A stretch of DNA of 64,000 nucleotides from Candidatus Bathyarchaeota archaeon (GCA_963806535.1 CAWDYC010000003.1:416001-480000), one strand, 5' to 3'; shown: positions 1-10,977, counted from the first letter of the stretch. A program made the numbers and translations. The notes: generated from the sequence alone by a model not told the origin.

Positions 1-231
1 TTCGCCGTGGAAAACCCTGTTGACGCAGCTAGCCTTTTCATACAAAAAGCTTACCACATGAAAGAATACTTAGAAGGCGAACTCTATTATGGTGGCAAAG
101 CAGAAAAACGTTCAGTTGCAAAGCGCATCGAGTTTTTGCAAGTCCTCAGGGATAAAAGCGAAGACAAAAATGTAAAAGCAGAATGCGAACGGCTATTACA
201 AATGTGGAAAGAGAGCTCATTAGCCTTTTAA
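1..231 (+). CDS. 3' part of hypothetical protein (frame open from window start)
   Basis: Frame open from base 1 to TAA at 229-231; no recognisable motif. Confidence 0.5.
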   Translation, partial: FAVENPVDAASLFIQKAYHMKEYLEGELYYGGKAEKRSVAKRIEFLQVLRDKSEDKNVKAECERLLQMWKESSLAF

Positions 232-638
232 GCCGTTAAAAGCTCAACTTTAATTGCGGTTCCACTTTTGATTTGTTTGAAAATTTCTAAATTATTTGTA
301 ATTTTGCCAAGTATGCTAACTGGACTATACGGTTGTGATTTGCCATAGAATACGCATAAAGCGCCGCCCATAGGCCAAAAAGCAATTGTGCCTGTTTCAA
401 CGGTGGGTTTTGCTTTTTCTTCTCCCATTTTTATTGGAATTTCGAAGTAAACTTCTTCTTTCCATAATGCAGCTCTGCCTTCTACTGGAAGCTTTCGAAC
501 GATATAGTCAATGGTCCTTGGTGCTAAAAAACGGACTAATTCACCTTCAGCTTCTCCTAAACCTTCGATGATGAACTTGACTTTTATGTGGGAAACATCT
601 GATTGAACGTCTGGTTGAATGTCTGGTTCATTACTCAA
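228..638 (-). CDS. Cyclophilin-like fold protein (DUF369-type)
   Basis: APRT...LPVEGRAALWKEEVYF and GTIAFWPMGGALCVFYG motifs. Confidence 0.8.
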   Translation of the reverse strand: MSNEPDIQPDVQSDVSHIKVKFIIEGLGEAEGELVRFLAPRTIDYIVRKLPVEGRAALWKEEVYFEIPIKMGEEKAKPTVETGTIAFWPMGGALCVFYGKSQPYSPVSILGKITNNLEIFKQIKSGTAIKVELLTA

Positions 639-761
639 TTATTCCATTCTCCTTTAAAGAAAACCCAATAAATCTCTGGGAATAGGCTATTCAATGGACG
701 AAGATAAATTTAACTCTTACAGTCAACTATAGGCGACAACTCGGAACGTGCTTTGACACAA

Positions 762-1898
762 TTATTCGATAGCCATTTCCTGACTAAGTTTATAATCAAT
801 TACAACTCTAATTCCACGAGATTTAAGATCTTTATCCAACGCCAAGTCGCCAGTATCAACTCTTAAACTTCTAAGTTTATCCAGTTTGCTTTTTGTCGCA
901 ACTACAACAATATTTTCCAAGCCTGCTTGGCGAATAACTTTGGAGCTTATCTGTTGGTTGCCTCTGCCAAAAATGAAACCTTGCCCACCGATTGGTGTTA
1001 CAAATATTTTCGTCGCTTTTTCCTTTGTTGCTGCCAGTATCTGTTTTTCGTTTACGTCACTTGCAATTACTTTCTTGCCTAGAAAGAGGTCTACTCCAAG
1101 CAGAGTTTTTTTCTGATCTAAAAGGTCGCCAATGGTTCGAGTGGTTGTTCCAGGACCCATAACGTAAATGATGTCGGGTTTCATTTCTTCAATAATATAG
1201 ATTGCAATTGCCGCTTGATTACGCACTTCATTCTCAGTCATCGGACTCTCAAGCTTGTTGCCTTGAATTAAATGCGGCTCAAAGGGACTAAGCAAGTAAC
1301 CGTAAAGTTCAGCAGATAAGCGACCTTCTCTAAATGCCTGCTCATCTACATCCATCACCTCGGCTTCTCGCAAAGGCAAATTAGCCCAAAGAAAGTTAAT
1401 AGCGACTCTTGCGGCCGCTTGAGGGTTAACCGCGAATATAGAGCTATGCATTTTGACACCCGTTGGAACACCAAGAACAGGAACTTTCAAGTCAACGGCT
1501 TTCAATAAGTCACGGGTTGTTCCATCACCGCCGCAGAAAACAAGCAAATCAACACCTGACTTAACCATTGCTTTTGCTGTACTTTGAGTGTCTTCCGAAT
1601 TAGTTTCTTTTTTGTCATCACCTTTAATATCAAATTCGAAGCCAAGTTTTTTGGCTTCAGCTTCGCCCATATTGCCAGAGCCCACAAATAATCTAAGGCT
1701 TTTTTTGAAAGGGTACAATTCAGCTAAGAAGGTCTCTGCTCTTTGTGATGCTATGGGTTTAGCTCCGAGAGATATTGCTTTGTGCAGAATGTTTTTGCCA
1801 TCTGTGCCTTTTAACCCCACAGCGCCGCCCATCCCTGCCACTGGGTTAACGATGAATCCAATGTTTTTTGTTGGAAGAGCTTTTTCAATAGAGTCCAA
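762..1898 (-). CDS. ATP-NAD kinase family protein (AcoX-like)
   Basis: IVNPVAGMGG..GLKGTDG, GGDGT, GVKMHS, TPIGGQGFIFGRGNQQ motifs. Confidence 0.85.
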   Translation of the reverse strand: MDSIEKALPTKNIGFIVNPVAGMGGAVGLKGTDGKNILHKAISLGAKPIASQRAETFLAELYPFKKSLRLFVGSGNMGEAEAKKLGFEFDIKGDDKKETNSEDTQSTAKAMVKSGVDLLVFCGGDGTTRDLLKAVDLKVPVLGVPTGVKMHSSIFAVNPQAAARVAINFLWANLPLREAEVMDVDEQAFREGRLSAELYGYLLSPFEPHLIQGNKLESPMTENEVRNQAAIAIYIIEEMKPDIIYVMGPGTTTRTIGDLLDQKKTLLGVDLFLGKKVIASDVNEKQILAATKEKATKIFVTPIGGQGFIFGRGNQQISSKVIRQAGLENIVVVATKSKLDKLRSLRVDTGDLALDKDLKSRGIRVVIDYKLSQEMAIE

Positions 1899-1973
1899 TG
1901 AAATAGCCTAGTTTAGTATTATTGGTCGATAAATAAAAAGAAAAATAAATGAGGACAGCGAGTTTTTGTTGTT

Positions 1974-3396
1974 TTAGTATGTTTCGCAGCCTATGTATTG
2001 CTTGCTAACTTCGTTTAGCCACGGGTAGAGTTTGCGCAGTTTCGCCATGGATTCGGCGACTTTCTCTGTTGGGTACTCATATGGCTGCAGTCTGCCGTTG
2101 AAGTATTCGTCGTAGGCTGACATGTCAAAGAATCCGTGTCCTGTTAACGCAAACAGAATCGTTTTGGGTTCGTTGGTTTTTGTGCATGCTCTTGCGTCGT
2201 CGACGACGGCTTTGATGGCGTGTGCTGATTCTGGAGCTGGAATTATGCCTTCGCTGCGGATGAAGATTTTTGCAGCGTCAAACGCGTCCACTTGGTTAAC
2301 TGCTAAGGTGCTGATTTTCTTTTCTTGGGCGAGTACGCTGATGGTTGGTGCGATGCCGTGGTAGCGTAGTCCGCCTGCGTGGATGGGGGCTGGCATGAAG
2401 TCATGTCCCAACGTGTGCATGGGAACTAGCGGTGTGAGTTTAGCGGTGTCGCCGTGGTCGTAGGTGTAGTATCCCCGTGTGACTTTTGGGCATGCTGTGG
2501 GTTCAACTGCGACAAATTTGGTTTCTTTGGGTGCTTTCTTTGCAGACTTTGTCGTAGTAGAAGGGCCAGAACAAACCGCTGAAGCTGCTTCCTCCTCCGA
2601 TGCAGCCGTAAACCACATCAGGGTAGTCGTCAACCATCGCGAATTGCTTTTGGGCTTCCAGTCCAGCTACGGTTTGGTGCATGCAAACGTGGTTGAAGAC
2701 GCTGCCGATGGTGTAGTTGGCTTTTTTGCCTGTTTTCTCGCTTTCCAAACTGTCCTCGACGGCTTCGCCGATGGCTATGCCGAGGCTACCCTGGTTGTCT
2801 GGGTCTTCAGCGAGGATTTTTCTTCCCGCCTCTGTTTTGTTGCTTGGGCTGGCGACGCATTCTGCGCCGAAAGCGTTCATCATGGCTTTGCGGTAGGGCT
2901 TCTGGTCGAAGCTTGCACGTACCATGTACACGGTTGCTTGCAATCCGAAAATGCCTGCTGCAAACGACAGCGCACTGCCCCATTGGCCTGCGCCGGTTTC
3001 GGTGGTGACGCGGGTTATGCCTTCTTTCATGTTGTAGTAGGCTTGTGGGACGGCACTGTTGGTTTTGTGGCTGCCTGCGGGGCTAACGCCTTCGTATTTG
3101 TAGTAGATTTTTGCTGGAGTTTTCAAGGCTTTTTCTAAGCCGAATGCTCGGAAAAGCGGGCTTGGTCTCCAGATCTTGTAGATTTCTCGTACTTCATCTG
3201 GGATGTTTATCCAGCTTTCTTGGCTGATTTCTTGGCCGATGATTGCTTTGGGGAAAATTTTTGGGACTATGCCGACTCCTGGTTTCCCTGTTTCCGCATC
3301 TATGAAGGGTGGGAGCGGGTGTGGCAGGTCGGGCACTATGTTATACCATTGTTTGGGTATGTCTGATTCTTTTAGTAGGATTTTTTTGTCGGGCAT
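1974..3396 (-). CDS. trpB2: TrpB2 (tryptophan synthase beta-like PLP enzyme); one +1 frameshift near 2540
   Basis: [12 protein letters not shown] lysine, [39 protein letters not shown]; ORFs 2503-3396 and 1974-2633 join at DKV[t]AKKAPKE. Confidence 0.9.
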
Positions 3397-3456
3397 TTTT
3401 TCGCCTTCTATTTCAGAGTTATAAATCGTTCTTTAAAGTTTTATTTAAGGCTTTTG

Positions 3457-3472
3457 TGTACACTTTTGTGCA
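3457..3472. promoter_or_regulatory. Tandem TRP boxes TGTACA-CTTT-TGTGCA, just upstream of the trpB2 BRE/TATA
   Basis: Match to TrpY TRP-box consensus TGTACA; lies between divergent trpB2 and trpY-like gene; minus-strand CTTAAATA TATA-like box at ~3442-3449. Confidence 0.65.
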
Positions 3473-3552
3473 TAGCAAACAAGGAAACACCTAAACATCT
3501 AAACAACACATTTATACCCAAACGCACAAAACATAGCATAAGCGAACAGAAC

Positions 3553-4057
3553 ATGTGGAACAAAATCAAAATCCAACTCGAAGCATACCCCGAACGCCTC
3601 AAAGTCGCACGTGTCCTAATAGAAAACGGCTTATCCGCCAAAGACGACAAAATCTACCTTAACCAAATCGAAATCCCACCTGTGCGCATCGCAAGAGTCG
3701 CAGGCGTCGACCGACGAACAGTAAACGAAACCCTCTGCATCAATCCACGACAACCCCGAACTCCGCCTGATCTTCGAAGAAATCCGCCCCGCAGGACACA
3801 GCCTAAAAGAAATCGCCAAACACCTAAACTTCGGCGTTTTAGAAATAACTGTTGTGAACGCAAAATCGCCAGGAATCTTAGCCAACGCAGCCATGATTCT
3901 CAACAGGGCAGGCCTGAGCATCAGACAAGCAATCGTAGATGACCCAGAACTCTCGCCAGAACCCAAACTTACCTTAATAGTTGAGAAAAAAATCCCCGGA
4001 GAACTCATCCCAGAAATACTAAAGATCCCAGGAATTGCAAAGGTTTCAGTTTATTAA
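3553..4057 (+). CDS. trpY: TrpY-like HTH-ACT amino-acid-sensing regulator (COG2150); +1 frameshift near 3736
   Basis: MWNKIK..YPERLKVAR..ENGL, IARVAGVDRRTV HTH, C-terminal ACT (PGILA..LSIRQAIVDDPEL); removing one base joins both ORFs into ~167 aa. Confidence 0.75.
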
Positions 4058-4210
4058 ACCGTGGCAATAATGAAACGAAGACAACCGCAAAAGCGGGTTA
4101 AATGATTCAAAAATCACTCGACTAGGCTTTATTAATCATTCCCTGCCTAGAAAAACTTATATTGCTAGGGACATTTTGTTGTTGTTCGCTATTAAAGGAG
4201 ATTACTTGAT

Positions 4211-5890
4211 TTGTCATCATTCCCAACACAAGCGGGCGGCATACCCATTATGGTTTTGAAAGAAGGTTCAAACAGGTCCCGTGGAAAAGAAGCCCTACAC
4301 GGAAACATCACCGCTGCTAAAGTTGTCTCGGAAAGTGTCCGAAGCTCTTTAGGACCAAAAGGCATGGATAAGATGCTTGTGGATAATTTCGGAGACGTCA
4401 CAATAACGAGCGATGGCCGAACCATTTTAGATGAAATGGATATTCAACATCCAGCAGCCAAGATGATGGTTGAAGTTGCCAAGACACAAGACAATGAAGC
4501 TGGAGACGGTACAACAACTGCAGTTATCATAGCTGGCGAACTTTTAGCCAAAGCTGAAGAATTGCTAGATAAAAATATTCATCCGACAATAATAATTGAT
4601 GGCTATCGAATAGCAGCTGAAAAAGCGCTGGAAACCCTTGAGAAAATAGCTATACCCATAGACCCTAAATCCTCAGACTATCTCAAAAAAGCAGCCACAA
4701 CCTCAATGGGAAGCAAAATCGTTGCCGAACACAAGGAATACTTAGCGGATATAGCAGTTAAGGCAATGCTTGCAGTAGCTGAAAAACAAAACGGCGGCTA
4801 TAAGGCTGACGTTGACGATGTTAAAGTTGAAAAGAAAACAGGCGAGTCTCTCAATGACACCACCCTGATAAACGGCATTGTTTTAGACAAAGAAATTGTT
4901 CACTCAGGAATGCCTAAACGAGTAGAAAGAGCAAAGATTGCTTTGATTGATGCCTCCTTAGAGATTGAGAAAACAGAGTTAGACGCTAAAATAAGCATTG
5001 AAAGCCCTGACCAAATTGAAGCATTCCTGAAAGAGGAAGAAACAATCCTGCAAGAAATGGCCAACAAAATATCAGCTTCGGGGGCAAACGTTGTTGTCTG
5101 CCAAAAAGGCATAGATGATATGGAACAGCATTTTCTTTCTAAAAAAGGAATAATCGCGATTAGAAGAGCTAAAAAATCAGACGTGGAAAAACTCGCAAAA
5201 GCCACGGGCGGAAAAATCGTAAGCAACATTGACAGTATTTCATCATCAGACCTTGGATGGGCAGCTTTAGTTGAGGAACGCAAAATCGGCGACGACAAGA
5301 TGACTTTTATTGAAGGCTGCAAGAATCCTAAAGCCGTCACCATTTTAATTAGAGCTGGAACTCAACGTATGACTGCTGAGGCAGAACGTTCACTACATGA
5401 TGCGCTCTGTGTGATAAGAGACCTAATCCAAGAACCAAAAATTGTTGCTGGAGGAAGTGCTCCAGAACTTGAAATGGCAAGTGCGCTAAGAAAATATGCC
5501 GAAACCATGTCGGGAAGAGAGCAACTTGCAGTCAGAGTATTCGCAGAAGCCCTCGAATCGATAACTGTTACGCTTGCCGAGAATGCAGGTGTAGATCCAG
5601 TTGATATACTTGTAGATTTACGTTCAAGGCATGATAAGGGAGAAAAATGGGCTGGCATTGAAGTCCTAGAAGGAAAAATTAAAGATATGTCAAAAGTAAA
5701 CATTTTTGAACCCCTTTCAGTCAAAAAACAAATAATCAAATCCGCAAACGAAGCAGCATCCATGATCCTCAAAATTGACGACATAATTTCGGCCACCAAA
5801 ATGAAAGCACCACCAATGCCTCCAGGAGGAATGGGCGGCGGCATGGGAGGAATGGGTGGCATGGGCGGATATCCGGGCATGGGAGAGTAA
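4211..5890 (+). CDS. ths: Thermosome subunit (group II chaperonin)
   Basis: [20 protein letters not shown]-binding motif, GGM-rich tail; TTG start with GGAG RBS. Confidence 0.97.
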   Translation: MSSFPTQAGGIPIMVLKEGSNRSRGKEALHGNITAAKVVSESVRSSLGPKGMDKMLVDNFGDVTITSDGRTILDEMDIQHPAAKMMVEVAKTQDNEAGDGTTTAVIIAGELLAKAEELLDKNIHPTIIIDGYRIAAEKALETLEKIAIPIDPKSSDYLKKAATTSMGSKIVAEHKEYLADIAVKAMLAVAEKQNGGYKADVDDVKVEKKTGESLNDTTLINGIVLDKEIVHSGMPKRVERAKIALIDASLEIEKTELDAKISIESPDQIEAFLKEEETILQEMANKISASGANVVVCQKGIDDMEQHFLSKKGIIAIRRAKKSDVEKLAKATGGKIVSNIDSISSSDLGWAALVEERKIGDDKMTFIEGCKNPKAVTILIRAGTQRMTAEAERSLHDALCVIRDLIQEPKIVAGGSAPELEMASALRKYAETMSGREQLAVRVFAEALESITVTLAENAGVDPVDILVDLRSRHDKGEKWAGIEVLEGKIKDMSKVNIFEPLSVKKQIIKSANEAASMILKIDDIISATKMKAPPMPPGGMGGGMGGMGGMGGYPGMGE

Positions 5891-5896
5891 TAAAAT

Positions 5897-6139
5897 ACGT
5901 CAGAACAAAAAATAATCGTTGGACCACCAAAAATCACTCGATTTGAGAAAGCAAGAATAGTTGGAGCTAGAGCACTTCAAATCTCAATGGGAGCACCAAT
6001 TTTGGTGGATGCAGCTGAAAATACAAACCCTATTGATATCGCTCTGAGTGAACTCGAAGCTGGGATTCTTCCGATAACTATCAGAAGAACCTTGCCGGAT
6101 GGAACTTTCCAAGATATTCCGCTTAAATGGTTAACCTAA
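5897..6139 (+). CDS. rpoK: DNA-directed RNA polymerase subunit Rpo6/K (absent from ORF track; non-canonical start)
   Basis: Manual translation (T/M)[36 protein letters not shown]...[11 protein letters not shown]; in-frame TAA at 5891-5893; no ATG/GTG/TTG before the conserved core. Confidence 0.93.
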   Translation, partial: TSEQKIIVGPPKITRFEKARIVGARALQISMGAPILVDAAENTNPIDIALSELEAGILPITIRRTLPDGTFQDIPLKWLT

Positions 6140-6629
6140 GCCTTTCTTTTCTTCTATTTTCAGCTAGTTTTTCTTTAGCTTCATTAAGCGTATTTATTAT
6201 TTGTTTCCAGTGTGCGCCTTGCCAGTAAATTTGCCCGCAATTGGGACACTTCCAGAACTGATCATAATAAGTCAAAGTGTTTTTTTCTAGTTCACTTGTA
6301 AGTTGCTCTTTGGGTGTGGCTTTTAGTTTTGTGTTGCATATTGGGCAATAGGATTTTTCCATATCCACCGCCAACGTTAAAGCATAACGCTGGGCAAGTT
6401 TTGCTAGCCGACCAGATTCTGTTTCACCCTCAACATAGAAAGCCTCTATCCCCCTAGCAATGGCTCGTTTATAGAGTTCCAAATCTTTGGTCAATAAGAC
6501 ACGGTTTTCTTTTTTTGCCTGTTCAAGAAGCTCAGAGTCACTTAACTCAGTGGAGTATGAAACGTCTTGTCCTAACATACGCAGCCAACGCGCAAACTTT
6601 CCCAGCATACTATCCGCTAGGAACTGCAC
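6123..6629 (-). CDS. Mut7-C RNase domain protein (DUF82)
   Basis: [42 protein letters not shown]. Confidence 0.9.
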   Translation of the reverse strand: MQFLADSMLGKFARWLRMLGQDVSYSTELSDSELLEQAKKENRVLLTKDLELYKRAIARGIEAFYVEGETESGRLAKLAQRYALTLAVDMEKSYCPICNTKLKATPKEQLTSELEKNTLTYYDQFWKCPNCGQIYWQGAHWKQIINTLNEAKEKLAENRRKERLRLTI

Positions 6630-7972
6630 TCATTGCCTCTCCGAACAATTGAGCCACTACCTGCTTTAGCAACAATTTCGCCTTCATCAAAAACTAACAA
6701 GCCGTTTACGAAGGTTTTTGCAGGTTTACCTGAAACTTCCCAACCGTTGTAGGGTGAATATTTGGCTTTGGATTTGAATTTTGAAGCATCAATTTTGAAT
6801 TTTTGATTAAAATCCACGATTGTTAAATCTCCATTTTTTCCTTGTTCCAAGCGACCGCAGTCATTCAAAGCGTAAATTTCGGCTGGTTTCTCAGCTAAAA
6901 GTTTAACAACTTGGGATAAGGATAGCCTGTTCTTTCTTACCTGAGTCAACATAAGTGGCAAAGTAGTTTCTAATCCTGGAACACCGACTTTAACATCCCA
7001 AACGCTGCTTGCCGACTTCTCACCTAAAGCATGCGGAGCATGATCTGAACCTAAAGCATCAACCGAACCTGCCCCCAAGCCCTTCCATAAAGCTTCAATT
7101 TGGTACTTGTTTCTTATCGGCGGAGCCATAACTAGCATTTGACCATAATACTCCAATTCAGCGGTTGATAGCAGTAAGTGGTTAGGGGTTACTTCGCATG
7201 TTACTTTTCTGCCTAGTTTTTTAGCATCTGCTATAGCATTTAAGCTCTTTTCAGTTGAGATGTGACAAAAATGCAAGCGAACATCGGTTGAAGCACTTAT
7301 TTTCAATAGATGCTCAACTGCTTTCAGCTCAACATCTTCTGAATGTGCCGCCTGAAAAGCTGCAGGACTTGTTTTTTTGGCTTGCTGCAGTTTCTCCTCA
7401 TTTTTTGTTAGCAAAGCCTTGTCTTCGGCATGCGCTGCCACGGGCAGACCAAACTTTGCAACTTCTGTAAAACCATCGACTAACGCTTCATCATTATCAA
7501 TATTTAACCCACCGATTTGACAACCCATAAAAATCTTAAACCCAATTGCTCCTTCCGCAACTATATCTTTAATTTCTGAAGTTTTTTTTGGAAATTCGGA
7601 GTAAAACCCTACGTTAACAAGAACCTTTCTTGAGGCAGTCCACATGCGGTTTCTCAGAGTTTCAGAACTCATCGTGATAGGTTCGTTATTTGGCATATCT
7701 AAAACAGTAGTAAAACCCCCAGCGGCGGCGGCAGCGGTTCCTGTTTCAAAATCTTCTTTGTAAGCTTTACCTTCATCACGAAGGTGAACATGCTCATCTA
7801 TTAAACCTGGAAGAACTAAAAGATTCTTCAAGTTAGTTTTTTGGTCAGCACTTGGCATCTGGGTTTCTTTGCCGATTTTGAAGATTTTGCCCTCTTCAAT
7901 TGCCAGGCTGCAGTCGACGATTTGCCCGTTAAGGTAAGCTTTCGCATTTGTCAGGACAGAATCGACAATCAA
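6617..7972 (-). CDS. pyrC: Dihydroorotase (amidohydrolase family)
   Basis: PGLIDEHVHLRD, AAAGGFTTVLDMPN, EVTPNHL, GSDHAPH, GVPGLET. Confidence 0.85.
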   Translation of the reverse strand: MIVDSVLTNAKAYLNGQIVDCSLAIEEGKIFKIGKETQMPSADQKTNLKNLLVLPGLIDEHVHLRDEGKAYKEDFETGTAAAAAGGFTTVLDMPNNEPITMSSETLRNRMWTASRKVLVNVGFYSEFPKKTSEIKDIVAEGAIGFKIFMGCQIGGLNIDNDEALVDGFTEVAKFGLPVAAHAEDKALLTKNEEKLQQAKKTSPAAFQAAHSEDVELKAVEHLLKISASTDVRLHFCHISTEKSLNAIADAKKLGRKVTCEVTPNHLLLSTAELEYYGQMLVMAPPIRNKYQIEALWKGLGAGSVDALGSDHAPHALGEKSASSVWDVKVGVPGLETTLPLMLTQVRKNRLSLSQVVKLLAEKPAEIYALNDCGRLEQGKNGDLTIVDFNQKFKIDASKFKSKAKYSPYNGWEVSGKPAKTFVNGLLVFDEGEIVAKAGSGSIVRRGNECSS

Positions 7973-8170
7973 ATTGTTTCACAGTCATATTGATAGCGAG
8001 TTGATTGGTAATTAAGTTATTTATGGTGGAATATTGACTTAAATTTTGGAAGCGTTTTTTGTTGGCAACGCACATTTTAGTAAGCCATGGTCAGGTTGCA
8101 GTGACCTTTGATAAAAGGGCAAGAATTAGAGATCTTTATTTCCAGTTTGTTGGGCTAGAGAATCAAAGAA

Positions 8171-8770
8171 CTATTTTTCTTGATCAAGTTCTATTCTGCA
8201 TTCATCGCAAATATTTTGTCCATTTCGTTCTTTGAGACTTTCAGAATAAACGTTGCAGCGGTCGCAGTATCCAGAGAGCGGTACTTCTTCAGTTTCTTCC
8301 GTTCTCGCTTCGCCTTCGATGCGTGATCTTTCAAGAATTGTCTCTATTAATTCAGGCATTACACCTAAAACGTCTTTACTTGAGATTATGCCAACAAGGT
8401 TGCCTTTATAAATTACACCTAAACGTCTGATATCTAGCCGATTCATTCTTCGCGCGGCTTCAGTAATTGTCGCTTCAGGCTCAATCGTAACAAGGGGGGT
8501 TGTCATAATTTCTTTAGTTTTAATAGTATCTGGCTTTAGGTTTTTGGCTAAAACTCTGATGACTAAATCGCGTTCTGTGATTATGCCAATTGATTTTCCA
8601 GCTTCGTTTGTAACTATGATCGCACCTAAGTCTCCGCGGTCCATAGCAATTGCAACTTTGTTTGAACATTCGTTCTCATTAATAGTGACAACTGGACTAC
8701 TCATAACGTCTCTCACCAGCATTTTTGTTCTTAACCCGAGTTCAGACATTGCAAATTTCACTTCCGTCAC
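8171..8770 (-). CDS. CBS-pair protein with C-terminal CxxC-CxxC zinc ribbon
   Basis: VRDVMSSPVV, GIITERD, IMTTPLVTI; GYCDRC...ICDEC. Confidence 0.85.
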   Translation of the reverse strand: MTEVKFAMSELGLRTKMLVRDVMSSPVVTINENECSNKVAIAMDRGDLGAIIVTNEAGKSIGIITERDLVIRVLAKNLKPDTIKTKEIMTTPLVTIEPEATITEAARRMNRLDIRRLGVIYKGNLVGIISSKDVLGVMPELIETILERSRIEGEARTEETEEVPLSGYCDRCNVYSESLKERNGQNICDECRIELDQEK

Positions 8771-8900
8771 AATTTAGACAAACTTAACTTCATTCAACAA
8801 TAAAGAGCCGCATAATTTAAGATTTGCTTAACGGAAGGTTAGCCTGTGAAGTCTTATTAGATGGCTTACAGATAGGACACAATGCTGATGAGGAACTTTT

Positions 8901-9788
8901 ATGCTTAAAACAAACGTTGATAAACTCGTAAAAATGTCGGTTATTGGAGAAATAGCTAGCCCGACAATAAGATCAGTCTACAATGTTTCAGCGACGGGAA
9001 AACCGATGGTGTTACCTGGAGTAGGGGGTATAACCTACAATCTTAGAATCGGCGACTTAGCATGCGGTTGGGAAGCTGATCATGTAGAGCCAGGTGTAAG
9101 CGTGGAAAACAAAGAAAACGATTCTCGGTCAGGACAAGCAGCCAATATTGCTTTCAACGTGCTCTCATGCATTGGAAACAAAGCAATCGTTGTTAGCGGT
9201 GACGCAAAAAGCGCCGAAGGAGTTGTGACAGGTAAACACGGTGGAATAGAACATGTGTTAATCGATTTTCCAAAGGAGATTTTGGAAAAGCTTGTGCCCG
9301 GAGATAGAATTCTTGTAAAATCGTTCGGTATAGGCTTGAAATTTTTAGATTTTCCAGAAATTAAAGTTTTGAATATAGACCCAGCTTTGCTTGAAGCATG
9401 GAATCCTAAGCCCAATGGTGACAAGCTTGAGGTAGCAGTTACACATGTTGTTCCAGCGGCCATAATGGGTTCAGGTTTAGGAGCTAACCAAGTAAACTCA
9501 GGCGACTATGATATCCAATTGTTCGATGAAAAAATAGTTGAGCAATTTGGGCTAGAAAGTTTAAGACTTGGTGATTTGGTTGCAATTATTGACGCTGATA
9601 ACTCGTTCGGCAGAATTTATCGTCAGGGAGCTATTTCGATTGGGATAGTTATTCACACAAATTGTGTTACTGCGGGTCATGGTCCAGGAGTGACAACCTT
9701 AATGACTTCGACTGACGGGAAAATTATTCCTCAAATAAACGCGAAAGCTAATATTGCTTCTCTCCTAAACTTAAGAGCATATATATAA
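8901..9788 (+). CDS. DUF4438-type conserved protein
   Basis: LPGVGGITYN..GWEADHVEPGVS, GKHGGIEHV, GDYDIQ, AGHGPGVT. Confidence 0.75.
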   Translation: MLKTNVDKLVKMSVIGEIASPTIRSVYNVSATGKPMVLPGVGGITYNLRIGDLACGWEADHVEPGVSVENKENDSRSGQAANIAFNVLSCIGNKAIVVSGDAKSAEGVVTGKHGGIEHVLIDFPKEILEKLVPGDRILVKSFGIGLKFLDFPEIKVLNIDPALLEAWNPKPNGDKLEVAVTHVVPAAIMGSGLGANQVNSGDYDIQLFDEKIVEQFGLESLRLGDLVAIIDADNSFGRIYRQGAISIGIVIHTNCVTAGHGPGVTTLMTSTDGKIIPQINAKANIASLLNLRAYI

Positions 9789-9840
9789 GATAGTCTAATG
9801 AATAATTGGAAAAATAGAGAGGATAAGAGGTTAAAAATAA

Positions 9841-10131
9841 TTGCCATCTAAGCGTAAAAGCCGAGGAAGATCGAAAGGTAGCAAAGGAAGCGGCAGTCTT
9901 GTTCAATGCGCAAATTGTGGAGCACAAGTACCGCGGGATAAGGCAAAGAGGAACACTCGTCGTGTGTCGTTTGTTGAGCCTCAGTTAGCTAAAGAACTCA
10001 GGCAAAAAGGCACATATCTAGCTTCATGGGTGGATACAAAATATTATTGCATATCTTGTGCTGTTCACCGTGGAATTGTTAACGTTAGAGCTGAAGCTGA
10101 ACGTCACTCACGGGCTAAAAGAAGATATTAA
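9841..10131 (+). CDS. rps26e: 30S ribosomal protein S26e
   Basis: VQCANCGAQVPRDKA..YCISCAVHRGIV; TTG start. Confidence 0.95.
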   Translation: MPSKRKSRGRSKGSKGSGSLVQCANCGAQVPRDKAKRNTRRVSFVEPQLAKELRQKGTYLASWVDTKYYCISCAVHRGIVNVRAEAERHSRAKRRY

Positions 10132-10760
10132 ACAACTACGGCTTTTTTCTTTAATTCCTTGTAAACGTGAAAAGCTCTTTGTACCACTGTAAAGTTTGAA
10201 AGCACCGCCAACAAAAATATTCCAATACCTAAAGCAGGCAACCATAAAAACCCGATTATACTAACAGCGGCCAAAATAAGCATGCGTTCTGCACGTTCAG
10301 CCAGGCCTACCGACTCCATTTTTATTCCTGCTGCTTCAGCTCTTGCACGTGTGTAGCTTACCAGTAAAGAGCCGGATAATGCTGCTAAACCCCATACGGC
10401 ACCCCAAGTTGATCCCCAAAATGAACTGCTTAATCCAGCAATTATAATGGCTGTAAAAACAGCTGCATCAGCGTACCTGTCAAGAACCGAATCAAAAAAG
10501 CCGCCAAACACTGTGGTTTGATTGAAAGTTCTTGCTATGATACCGTCAAGTGTATCGCAGAATCCAGAGGCTAAAAGCAGAACTGTTGCCAATAGGAGAA
10601 GCCACTGGAAATTTTGGGCCATGAAATAAGCTACGGCGGATGCTAAAGCAAAAATGAACCCTATTATGCTTACTTTATTTGGAGTTAAGCCTATTTTATG
10701 GGCGGCTGCTGCTTGCGAAGTCAGCATTTGTTGGACTTTTTTCTTCAATTTAGTAAGCAA
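10128..10760 (-). CDS. pgsA: CDP-alcohol phosphatidyltransferase (archaetidylinositol phosphate synthase-like)
   Basis: TPN, DTLDGIIAR..GGFFDSVLDRYAD, VSYTRARAE, ERAER. Confidence 0.85.
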   Translation of the reverse strand: MLTKLKKKVQQMLTSQAAAAHKIGLTPNKVSIIGFIFALASAVAYFMAQNFQWLLLLATVLLLASGFCDTLDGIIARTFNQTTVFGGFFDSVLDRYADAAVFTAIIIAGLSSSFWGSTWGAVWGLAALSGSLLVSYTRARAEAAGIKMESVGLAERAERMLILAAVSIIGFLWLPALGIGIFLLAVLSNFTVVQRAFHVYKELKKKAVVV

Positions 10761-10977
10761 GTTAACTCGACTTGTTTTACGTGTTAAAGCTCAATATAGA
10801 GTGGCTGTAGAAAAGGCTTTCCAGTTAACGTGTTGACCGCTTTCTATTAAGCAACGACTTTTCAATGGGCTTATAAGGAAGTAATATTATTATTTTGAAT
10901 TAACGTTTCCGTTACAAATCAAAAGCATGTAACTGAAAACGTCAGACGAAGCACACAACTAAAAGGAGAAAAAGAAA

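Noticed and set aside
2479-3138. Long antisense or shadow ORFs (e.g. 2479-3138, 4900-5343, 5362-5937, 23384-23851, 35700-36206, 54669-55145)
   Set aside because: Each overlaps a well-supported gene on the other strand and has no motifs
5815-5885. GGC/ATG-rich tandem repeat
   Set aside because: Normal GGM tail of chaperonins
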